From Acidobacteriota bacterium (lineage in GTDB: Bacteria > Acidobacteriota > UBA6911 > RPQK01 > JAJDTT01): 64,000 bases of DNA. The first letter of the stretch is position 1. Every line of letters begins with the position of its first letter. The notes beneath the pieces are model-generated. The model saw only the letters and a list, made by a program, of their open reading frames with translations. It made no database searches and was not told the DNA's origin. The stretch is from positions 1,504,001 through 1,568,000 of the forward strand of contig OZ253580.1 in the NCBI GenBank assembly GCA_965263035.1, written 5' to 3'. The translations under genes were made by a program, and so were the position numbers. Shown here one piece after another: positions 31,714 through 39,859 of the stretch.

Positions 31714-32598
31714 GTGAAGGCACTAGGTTACGCATGCCCCGAAACGCTGGAGGAGGCGGTAGCGCTCCTGGCCGAATACGACGGCCGTGCTTGTCCTCTG
31801 GCCGGGGGAACCGACATCATCGTCCAAGTGAGGGAAGGTCATCGCGACCTGGACCTGATGGTGGACGTCAAGCGGATTCCCCAGTTGAGACAGCTGACTC
31901 ACGATGCAGAGCAGGGACTGGTCCTGGGGGCCGCGGTTCCCTGCTGTGAATTCTACGAAAACGCCGAGATCGCGTCCCTCTACCCGGGCCTGGTGGACGC
32001 CGGCGAGCTGGTGGGAGGGACCGCCATCCAGAGCCGCGCTTCCTTCGGCGGCAACCTCTGCAACTCCTCCCCGGCAGCCGACACCATTCCCGCTCTGATC
32101 GCCCAGGAAGCCGTGTGCGTGATCGCCGGTCCCGGCGGCCGGCGCGAGGTCCCGGTGGAGAGCTTCTGCACCGCCCCGGGGCGCAACGTTCTGGGACGGG
32201 GAGAGTTGCTGGCCTGCTTGCGGATCCCGACCCCGCGCCCCAACTCGGGAGCGCACTATCTCCGCTTCATCCCCCGAAACGAAATGGACATCGCCGTCGT
32301 CGGGGCGGGGGCCGCAGTGGTGCTGAACGACGCCGGCGACACCTTCGTGTCCGGCCGCATCGGATTGGGCGCGGTGGCCCCAACCCCGCTGTTGGTGGAG
32401 GAAGCCGGCGAAGTGTTGTCGGGAAGTCCGGTTTCGGACGCCGTCATCGACCAGGCGGCCGCGGCGGCCAGCCGCGCGGCCCGGCCCATCAGCGACATGC
32501 GGGGAACCATCGAGCAGCGGAAACACCTGTCCGGCGTCCTGACGCGCAGGGCACTCGTGAAGGCCGTCGCCCGAGCCAGAGGAGAGTCAGATTCATGA
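31714..32598 (+). CDS. Xanthine dehydrogenase family FAD-binding subunit (CoxM-like)
   Basis: LAGGTD, ASFGGNLCNSSPAAD, PISDMRG. Confidence 0.92.
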   Translation: MKALGYACPETLEEAVALLAEYDGRACPLAGGTDIIVQVREGHRDLDLMVDVKRIPQLRQLTHDAEQGLVLGAAVPCCEFYENAEIASLYPGLVDAGELVGGTAIQSRASFGGNLCNSSPAADTIPALIAQEAVCVIAGPGGRREVPVESFCTAPGRNVLGRGELLACLRIPTPRPNSGAHYLRFIPRNEMDIAVVGAGAAVVLNDAGDTFVSGRIGLGAVAPTPLLVEEAGEVLSGSPVSDAVIDQAAAAASRAARPISDMRGTIEQRKHLSGVLTRRALVKAVARARGESDS

Positions 32599-33095
32599 GC
32601 GTCACAGCCGCCTACCGGAAGCTACACATTCAGACCCGGATCAACAACGAAGACACCGAGTTCCTGTGCGAGCCGCGCCACAGCCTGCTGGAGGTGCTCC
32701 GCGACATTCTCCAGCTGACCGGCAGCAAGGAAGGGTGCAACAACGGCAACTGCGGCGCCTGCTGCGTCATCCTGAACGGGCGCCTCGTCAACTCCTGCGT
32801 GGTGATGGCCGGCGAGGTTCAGAGCGCCGAGATCACCACCATCGAGGGGTTGGCGTCGGAATCGGGCGAACTGCACCCCTTGCAGCAGAAGTTCCTCGAA
32901 CACGCCGCCCTCCAGTGCGGCGTCTGCACGCCCGGTTTCATTGTCGCCGCCAAGGCCCTGCTGGACCGGAATCCCGATCCTTCCGAACACGACGTGCGCC
33001 TCTGGCTGGCGGGAAATCTCTGCCGCTGCACAGGCTACGACAAGATCATTCGAGCCGTGTTGGACACTGCCGGGCAGACCAACGGCAACGGCTAA
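32595..33095 (+). CDS. Xanthine dehydrogenase family 2x[2Fe-2S] subunit (CoxS-like)
   Basis: GCNNGNCGAC...SC, QCGVCTPG, GNLCRCTGY; ATGA overlap with the FAD subunit. Confidence 0.94.
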   Translation: MSVTAAYRKLHIQTRINNEDTEFLCEPRHSLLEVLRDILQLTGSKEGCNNGNCGACCVILNGRLVNSCVVMAGEVQSAEITTIEGLASESGELHPLQQKFLEHAALQCGVCTPGFIVAAKALLDRNPDPSEHDVRLWLAGNLCRCTGYDKIIRAVLDTAGQTNGNG

Positions 33096-33114
33096 CCTAG
33101 GGGAGTCAAGACTG

Positions 33115-35412
33115 ATGGCTACAGCATCCAAGACCGCACCCGAAACCCAATCCCAGTACAAGGTCATCGGCACCCGTCCCATCCGCCACGACGGAGTGGA
33201 CAAGGTCACCGGAAGGGCCCAATACGGCGCCGACGTGTATCTGACGGGCATGCTGCACGGCAACGTTCTGCGCAGCCCTCATGCCCACGCCAGGATCCGT
33301 TCCATCGATGCCAGCAAGGCGCTGGCCCTACCCGGCGTGAAGGCGGTGGTCACCGGTCGGGACCTGCCCGACCCGGGAGACAAGGTCGCCAACCTGGGGG
33401 AGGCGTCGTCGCCCCTGCGCCACCTTTCCCTCAACGTGCTGGCCCGGAACAAGGTCCTTTACCAGGGACACGCCGTCGCCGCCGTGGCGGCCACCAACCC
33501 GCATCTGGCTGAGGAAGCCGCGGGCCTGATCGAGGTGGACTACGAGCTTCTTCCCCCGGTGATGGACGTCATGGAGGCCATGCAGGACGGGGCGCCGCTG
33601 CTGGACGAGAGCCTCCGCACCAAGGCCTTCGGGGCCACCGGGGACAAGCCGACCAACGTCGCCGATCATATCCACTTCAAGTTGGGCGACGTGGAGAAGG
33701 GGTTCGCCGAAGCGGACGTCGTGGTGGAAAGAGAATTCACCACGGGAACCGTCCACCAGGGATACATCGAGCCCCACAATTGTACGGCCTTCTGGAATTC
33801 CGACGGCCACCTCACCATCTGGCTCAGCACCCAGGGCGCCTTTACCAGCCGGGCCCAGACCTCCGAGATCCTGGGTATCCCCATTTCGCAGGTCAAGGTG
33901 GTGCCCACCGAGATCGGGGGCGGCTTCGGGGGGAAGATCGCCACTTACCTGGAGCCGGCGGCGGCTCTACTGTCCAAGGCCACCGGCCGCCCGGTGAAGA
34001 TCCTCATGACTCGGGAGGACGTCCTGAAAGCGACCGGTCCGACGCCGGCTTCGTTCATGCGGGTCAAGATGGGCGCCAAGAAGGATGGGACTCTCACCGC
34101 CGGTAGCTTCTGGGCCGCGTTCGACGCCGGCGGTTTTCCGGGATCGCCCATCGGCGCCGCCTGCATGTGCGTGTTCGCTCCCTACAACCTTCCCAACGGG
34201 GTCATCGACGGCTTCGACGTGCTGGTCAACAAGCCCAAGTCGTCCGCCTATCGGGCTCCCGGGGCGACCCACGCCGAATTCGCCTCCGAGACGGTGGTGG
34301 ACGAGATCTGTGAAAAGCTGGGCATGGATCCCATAGAATTCCGCATCAAGAATGCCGCCCGCGAAGGAGGCCGGAGAGTCGACGGGCCCGTCTGGCCGCG
34401 GATCGGATGCGTGGAAACGACCGAGGCCGCCGGCGCACATCCGCACTATACGGCCCCCCTCGAGGGACCCAACCGGGGCCGTGGCGTGGCCAGCGGCTTC
34501 TGGTTCAACGTGGGACTCAAATCCAGCGTCCACGCCAGCGTGAACCCGGACGGACGGGTGAGCCTGGTCGAGGGCTCCACAGACATCGGGGGCACCCGGA
34601 CCTCGGTGGCCATGCAGATGGCTGAGGTCCTGGGCATTCCAGCGGAGAGCGTTCGGCCCATCGTGGCGGACACGGATGGCGTCGGTTACACGGACGTGAC
34701 CGGAGGCAGTCGAGTCACCTTCTCCACCGGCTATGCCGCGTACGAGGCGGCCCGGGACATCCAGCATCAGATGGTCGAGCGCGCGGCTGTCCTCTGGGAA
34801 ATTTCAGGGGATCAGGTCGAGGCTCGCGACGGGGACTACGTGGCCACCGACGGTTCGGGCAGGAGTATTTCCTTCGCCGAGTTGGCCGCCAAGATGGACG
34901 AGACCGGCGGACCCATCGTGGGCCGGGCCACGGTCGACCCCAAGGGCGTCGGCGGCGCCTTCTGTACCCAGATTGCCGACGTGGAAGTGGACCCGGACAC
35001 GGGAAAGGTCGAAATTCTCCGCTTCACGGTCGTCCAGGACGCAGGCCGGGCCATCCACCCCTCCTATGTGGAGGGTCAGATGCAGGGCGGAGCCGTCCAG
35101 GGCATCGGTTGGGCGCTGAACGAAGAGTACGTCTACAACGACAAGGGTCAGCTCCTGAACGGCAGTTTTCTGGACTACCGGATGCCGACGAGCCTGGACC
35201 TCCCCATGATCGACACCAAGATCGTGGAAGTGCCGAATCCGGGACATCCCTTCGGAGTCCGGGGAGTCGGAGAGGTCCCCATCGTGCCCCCTCCCGCCGC
35301 CATCGCCAATGCGATCTATCAGGCAACGGGATTGAGGCTCACGGACTTGCCCATGAGCCCACCCAGGGTATTGAAGGCGATTCTGGAGCAGAACGGAAAC
35401 GGGTCGGGTTGA
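33115..35412 (+). CDS. Xanthine dehydrogenase family molybdopterin-binding subunit
   Basis: DKVTG, RSPHAHA, GGGFGGK, AYRAPG, QGIGWAL, GVGE. Confidence 0.93.
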   Translation: MATASKTAPETQSQYKVIGTRPIRHDGVDKVTGRAQYGADVYLTGMLHGNVLRSPHAHARIRSIDASKALALPGVKAVVTGRDLPDPGDKVANLGEASSPLRHLSLNVLARNKVLYQGHAVAAVAATNPHLAEEAAGLIEVDYELLPPVMDVMEAMQDGAPLLDESLRTKAFGATGDKPTNVADHIHFKLGDVEKGFAEADVVVEREFTTGTVHQGYIEPHNCTAFWNSDGHLTIWLSTQGAFTSRAQTSEILGIPISQVKVVPTEIGGGFGGKIATYLEPAAALLSKATGRPVKILMTREDVLKATGPTPASFMRVKMGAKKDGTLTAGSFWAAFDAGGFPGSPIGAACMCVFAPYNLPNGVIDGFDVLVNKPKSSAYRAPGATHAEFASETVVDEICEKLGMDPIEFRIKNAAREGGRRVDGPVWPRIGCVETTEAAGAHPHYTAPLEGPNRGRGVASGFWFNVGLKSSVHASVNPDGRVSLVEGSTDIGGTRTSVAMQMAEVLGIPAESVRPIVADTDGVGYTDVTGGSRVTFSTGYAAYEAARDIQHQMVERAAVLWEISGDQVEARDGDYVATDGSGRSISFAELAAKMDETGGPIVGRATVDPKGVGGAFCTQIADVEVDPDTGKVEILRFTVVQDAGRAIHPSYVEGQMQGGAVQGIGWALNEEYVYNDKGQLLNGSFLDYRMPTSLDLPMIDTKIVEVPNPGHPFGVRGVGEVPIVPPPAAIANAIYQATGLRLTDLPMSPPRVLKAILEQNGNGSG

Positions 35413-35453
35413 ACCGCCACCCGGCTCCGAGCCGAGGTTCGCACGAGAATTCC

Positions 35454-35732
35454 ATGCCGACAGCCTGGATTCCCCCACCGATGCAAGAGCTCACGGATGG
35501 ACGGGAGCAGGTCGACGTTCGTGGACGGACCGTGCGAGAACTCATCGATCAGTTGGATCAAGAGTACCCTGGAATCCGGGACCGTCTCCGCGAGGGCAAT
35601 CGACTGCGCAGCGGCGTCGCGGTTTCGGTCGACGGTGTGATTTCGCCCGAAGGTCTGCGGGCCCGCCTGGAGTCCGGCAGCGAAGTCCATTTTCTGCCGG
35701 CCATCGCCGGAGGAGGCCGGAGGCGGAAGTAG
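35454..35732 (+). CDS. MoaD/ThiS ubiquitin-like sulfur carrier
   Basis: TVRELIDQL...YPGI, FLPAIAGG followed by GRRRK. Confidence 0.85.
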   Translation: MPTAWIPPPMQELTDGREQVDVRGRTVRELIDQLDQEYPGIRDRLREGNRLRSGVAVSVDGVISPEGLRARLESGSEVHFLPAIAGGGRRRK

Positions 35733-35736
35733 CGCC

Positions 35737-36084
35737 ATGGGAATGAGGGTTCTGAGCCGCGTGATGCTCATCCTCTATTGCGCCGCCACCCTCCTTCAAT
35801 ACAACGATCCGGACCTCTATATCTGGATGCCCGTCTACGGCTTGGCTGCGCTCTGGTCCTGGATGTCCTGGACGGGGAGGAGACTGCCCGAACCCTGGGT
35901 GGAGTTCTTTGCATTGGCGTGCCTGCTGGCGGCGTTCTACTTGGGGACGGCGCTCCCGGAGGGGACATTGAACTATCGTCGGGAGGAACTCAGTGAGTCG
36001 GGTGGCCTCCTGGTCACTGCCGTCTGGTCCCTGGTGCTCGCCCGGCGCCAGCGCATGGCGGAAAAACAACGGGCGGCCTCGTGA
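35737..36084 (+). CDS. TMEM220-like small membrane protein
   Basis: LQYNDPD..IW..VY and REE..E.GGL. Confidence 0.75.
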   Translation: MGMRVLSRVMLILYCAATLLQYNDPDLYIWMPVYGLAALWSWMSWTGRRLPEPWVEFFALACLLAAFYLGTALPEGTLNYRREELSESGGLLVTAVWSLVLARRQRMAEKQRAAS

Positions 36085-36094
36085 GGCTGGCAAC

Positions 36095-36403
36095 ATGAAT
36101 CTTCCAGAAGCGGCGGTCTTCATCTATGGAGCCCTGGTGACCCTGGGAGGGCTGATGGGTTACCGGAAGGCCCGCAGCATCCCTTCCCTAGTGCTGGGCC
36201 TTCTCTTCGGAGTGGCTCTCATTCTCTCGGCACTGTTTGCCGGCGCCGAAGGCGGGGTCCCGGCAGACCTGCCGCTGTGGCTGGTTCTGGGACTGACGGT
36301 ATTGTCCCTCTACCGCCTCAATGTGACTCGACGCTTCATGCCGGCCGGACTTCTGGTCCTCCTCGGCGCCATCGTCGCCGTCATCCTGTTGACAGCCAGG
36401 TAA
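36095..36403 (+). CDS. TMEM14-family small membrane protein
   Basis: YGALV.LGGLMGYRKARSIPSL...RFMPAGL. Confidence 0.8.
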   Translation: MNLPEAAVFIYGALVTLGGLMGYRKARSIPSLVLGLLFGVALILSALFAGAEGGVPADLPLWLVLGLTVLSLYRLNVTRRFMPAGLLVLLGAIVAVILLTAR

Positions 36404-36412
36404 CTGCCTTGA

Positions 36413-36570
36413 CAGCCCGTGGTAAAAGTCCTCACGGCATTCAACCGTCCCTGCATCCCGGCGGACTGCGTTGCGACTCGGTCACATACTCCCGGTATGC
36501 TCCCTCATCGCGCCTGGTCCGGCGGGCGCAGGAACGGTCTCGGTGCTCGCGGGACTTTCACCACGGACTG
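36413..36570 (+). mobile_element. MITE-like palindromic repeat, copy 3
   Basis: Flanked by a perfect 4-bp direct repeat TTGA (36409-36412 and 36571-36574). Confidence 0.9.
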
Positions 36571-36593
36571 TTGAGCAACCGGATCGTGTGACC

Positions 36594-37469
36594 ATGATGA
36601 AATCCCTGCCTCTGATCCTCCTGCTGGTCCTCGGACCCGCTCCTTCCCAGATCGAGACCCGGGTCTTGAACGCCATCCAGGGCATGCTTCGCCAAGGAAC
36701 CGGAGTCAGCTTCTCCGAGCTTCAGAACGACCCCCACTTCGGCAAAGAGGAGAAGGAGTTCATTGGGAGGCTCTTCGAGACCCTGTTCCGCATCCCCGCC
36801 TTCGTCGAGAGCGAGCTGGAGCGGACGGGCCACCCCCCCAAGCGGGCGCAGATCGGAGAACGGTTCGGCGTCGGCGTACAATCCATCGAGCTGTTGCTGA
36901 CCGTCATGGAAATCGACCGCCGTGTGCCCAGAATGTTCGACCGGGACCAGACCGGAGAGATCACCAGGGTCCACCGTCAGGGCTTGGCGGCCTTCCTCCA
37001 GCGTCACGGTAACCCGGTCCGCGTCACGGGTTGGGAAGGAAAGCCCGCACCCGGATTCGACTTGCTGACCCTGGAGGGAAAGAGGCTGTCCAGCGGGAGC
37101 TTGAGAGGGTCCAACGTCCTCCTCTATTTCTGGTTCACCGGCTGCCCGCCGTGCGCCCGAATCTCTCCCATCCTGGAGTCCCTCCACCAGCGGTACGGGA
37201 AGGATCGACTTCGGGTAGTGGGTCTGAACGCCGACCGGGTCCTGGAATTGACGGTCGACGACCAGGAACGGATCGAATATCTGAAGCAGCACGGGGTCTC
37301 CTTTCCCAACCTCCATCTGACCCCGGCGGCCCACAAGACCTTCGGAAACATCAACGTCTTCCCCACACTCTTTCTGTTGGACTCCTCCGGGACGGTGGTC
37401 CGGCGTCTGCTCAACTACCAGAGTCAGGAGACCATGGACCAAGTGGTCTCCGAACTGGTGGGACCCTGA
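36594..37469 (+). CDS. TlpA-family thiol-disulfide oxidoreductase with extra N-terminal domain
   Basis: Signal peptide, FWFTGCPPC, VFPTLFLLD. Confidence 0.85.
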   Translation: MMKSLPLILLLVLGPAPSQIETRVLNAIQGMLRQGTGVSFSELQNDPHFGKEEKEFIGRLFETLFRIPAFVESELERTGHPPKRAQIGERFGVGVQSIELLLTVMEIDRRVPRMFDRDQTGEITRVHRQGLAAFLQRHGNPVRVTGWEGKPAPGFDLLTLEGKRLSSGSLRGSNVLLYFWFTGCPPCARISPILESLHQRYGKDRLRVVGLNADRVLELTVDDQERIEYLKQHGVSFPNLHLTPAAHKTFGNINVFPTLFLLDSSGTVVRRLLNYQSQETMDQVVSELVGP

Positions 37470-37530
37470 TGCCGGCCGGCAAACGTCGCAGGCGGCCCGC
37501 CCCGGCGACCCCGGCTGCGGCAAGCTTGGA

Positions 37531-38844
37531 ATGAAGCTCTTTCGGGAAATCGGCCTCGCTTCCGCCATGTTCCTGGTGGTGGGGAACATGGTCGGGACCG
37601 GAATCTTCACCACCTCCGGACTCATCGCCCAGGAAATCGGGAATTCTCCGTGGCTTGTCGGAATCTGGCTGGCCGGCGGCCTGCTGTCCCTTACCGGTGC
37701 CCTCTGCTACGCCCAGTTGGGGGCCCGGACTCCCAGAGCCGGCGGAGAATTCGCATTCCTCTACCCGATCTACGGTCCCCTGGTCGCATTTCTCTCCGGC
37801 TGGGCTTCCCTGATCATCGGATTCTCGGGGCCCGTGGCCGCAGCGTCGCTGGGACTCGCCATCTATCTGGAACCCTACCTGCCCCTCGCATCCGGCGCTC
37901 TGGGAAACCAGGCGGTGGCGACCCTGGTTCTCCTGGCGGTCACCACTCTTCTCTCCCTGGGGCTCAAGTTCGGAACCCGTCTCCATTCCACGGTGACCCT
38001 CCTGAATCTGGGACTGCTCGCCGGGTTCACCTGCCTGGTGCTGTTCAACACCCGGAAGACCGGCGTCCTCCACGAGTTGAATCCGGCCGGCGCCTGGGAC
38101 TTGGCGACGCTGGTCCCCGTGGCCTCGGCACTGGTCCTGGTCATGTTCTCCTACAGCGGCTGGAACGCAGCGGCCTACATCGCCGAAGAGATTCGGGATC
38201 CGGCCCGCAACCTCCCCAGGTCCCTGTTGCTGGGGACGGCGCTGGTCACCATCCTCTACGTCGGTGTCAATCTGGCCTACCTGACGGCTCTTCCCCTGGC
38301 CCGGTTGCGGGGAGAGCTGGCCGTCGCCCAGTTGGCGGCTTCGGCGGTGTTGCCGTCCGGTGAATGGCTCGTGACTTTACTGATTCTGGTCTCGATCCTG
38401 AGTTCCGTCACCGCCATGTCCATCGCGGGTCCCCGAATCTACTTCGCCATGTCCCGGCAACGCCTGTTTCCCTCCTGGTTGGGGGAAGTGCACCTGCAAA
38501 AGAAAATCCCCCTGAAGGCCATCTGGTTCCAGAGCGGCATCGCCCTGGCCCTGGTCTGGATGGGGACCTTGAGGCAGATCCTGCTGTTTTCGGGATTCGT
38601 GATCATACTCTTTTCGGCAGTGACGGTCTCGGCGCTGCTGCGAACGTCTCTCGACCCCGGCTCGAGCCGCGGGGCCTGGATCTTGCAGCGGGTTCTGCCC
38701 TGGATCTTCGTCTTGACGAGTCTCGCAATCCTGGCGAGCGTCGCATTCTCCCATCCCGGGGAGTCCCTGGCCGGCGTGGCCACGGTCTGTGCCGGGCTGC
38801 CCGTCTACTACTATTATCGGAAGCGCCTGGGACCGGCGCCGTGA
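37531..38844 (+). CDS. APC family amino acid/polyamine permease
   Basis: GNMVGTGIF, PRAGG, FSYSGW, EEIRDPARNLP; about 12 TMs. Confidence 0.92.
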   Translation: MKLFREIGLASAMFLVVGNMVGTGIFTTSGLIAQEIGNSPWLVGIWLAGGLLSLTGALCYAQLGARTPRAGGEFAFLYPIYGPLVAFLSGWASLIIGFSGPVAAASLGLAIYLEPYLPLASGALGNQAVATLVLLAVTTLLSLGLKFGTRLHSTVTLLNLGLLAGFTCLVLFNTRKTGVLHELNPAGAWDLATLVPVASALVLVMFSYSGWNAAAYIAEEIRDPARNLPRSLLLGTALVTILYVGVNLAYLTALPLARLRGELAVAQLAASAVLPSGEWLVTLLILVSILSSVTAMSIAGPRIYFAMSRQRLFPSWLGEVHLQKKIPLKAIWFQSGIALALVWMGTLRQILLFSGFVIILFSAVTVSALLRTSLDPGSSRGAWILQRVLPWIFVLTSLAILASVAFSHPGESLAGVATVCAGLPVYYYYRKRLGPAP

Positions 38845-38855
38845 CCGGTGGTTGA

Positions 38856-39016
38856 CAGCCCGTGGCAAAAGTCGTCGCGGCATTCGACCGGGTCTGCATC
38901 GTGCGCGGACTGCGTTTCGCCTCGGTCACATTTGGTCGAATATGCTCCCTCACCGCGCCTTGTCCGGCGGGCGCAGCCCCGGTCTCGGTGCTACGCGGGA
39001 CTCTCACCACGGACTG
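38856..39016 (+). mobile_element. MITE-like palindromic repeat, copy 4
   Basis: Same termini; lies between convergent genes and abuts the pcm stop codon. Confidence 0.85.
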
Positions 39017-39802
39017 TTATTCCTGGATCTTCCCGGTCATGGGGACGAAACGGACGGCGAGCACGTTCTGGCGCCGGATCTTGCCCTCCTCCTTGGTCAA
39101 CAGGAGGAGCTTCTGGACCCGTCCCGGATCACCCACGGGAATGACGAGGCGGCCTCCTTCGGCCAGTTGCTCCTGCAGGGGCTCGGGAATCCGGCCGGCC
39201 GCGGCGGTCACCAGGATGACGTCGAAAGGAGCCGCCTCGGGCCATCCCAGATAGCCGTCCCCCGCCCGGGCGAAAACGTTCTCGTAGCCGAGACGCTTCA
39301 GCAAGGCCGCCGACCGGCCGGCCAGTTCGGGGACGATCTCCATGGTGTAGACCTGATCCACCAGCTCCGCCAGGACCGCCGCCTGGTAGCCGGACCCGGT
39401 TCCGATTTCCAGAGCCCGCGCGTCCTTCCTCGGATCCGCCAGTTGGGTCATGAGAGCGACGATGTAAGGCTGGGAAATAGTCTGTCCCAGGCCGATGGGC
39501 AGCGGGTGATCCTCGTACGCGAGATGCTTCACGGACGGGGGAACGAACTCGTGCCGGGGAACCTTGCCCATGGCCTCGAGGACCCTGCGGTCCCAGATGT
39601 CTCGCGAACCGAGCTGGGACGCCACCATCTCCCGGCGCAGCCGGGGATAGTCGGCCGCCGCGGAGGCGGAATCCCCGGAGTCCCGGGACCCGCAGGAAGC
39701 GGCCAGCGGGAACAGAAGGACCATCAGCACCAGCAGGGTCCCCCCGGCCGGAGACCGGAAACCGAAGCTGGCCCGATCACCGCTGCCACTCGATCCAGGC
39801 AT
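39017..39802 (-). CDS. pcm: Protein-L-isoaspartate O-methyltransferase with N-terminal lipoprotein-like signal
   Basis: VPRHEFV, GQTISQPYIVA, LEIGTGSGYQAA, GDG, APFD, VRFVPM; LAASC lipobox. Confidence 0.93.
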   Translation of the reverse strand: MPGSSGSGDRASFGFRSPAGGTLLVLMVLLFPLAASCGSRDSGDSASAAADYPRLRREMVASQLGSRDIWDRRVLEAMGKVPRHEFVPPSVKHLAYEDHPLPIGLGQTISQPYIVALMTQLADPRKDARALEIGTGSGYQAAVLAELVDQVYTMEIVPELAGRSAALLKRLGYENVFARAGDGYLGWPEAAPFDVILVTAAAGRIPEPLQEQLAEGGRLVIPVGDPGRVQKLLLLTKEEGKIRRQNVLAVRFVPMTGKIQE

Positions 39803-39859
39803 GGGTTTCTCCGATGAATTCGCCGGGCCGCCGCCCGGTGCGGAAGGCCCTCTTTCCTC

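Noticed and set aside
33115-35412. Aerobic CO dehydrogenase (coxL)
   Set aside because: Lacks the AYxCSFR and AYRGAGR signatures.
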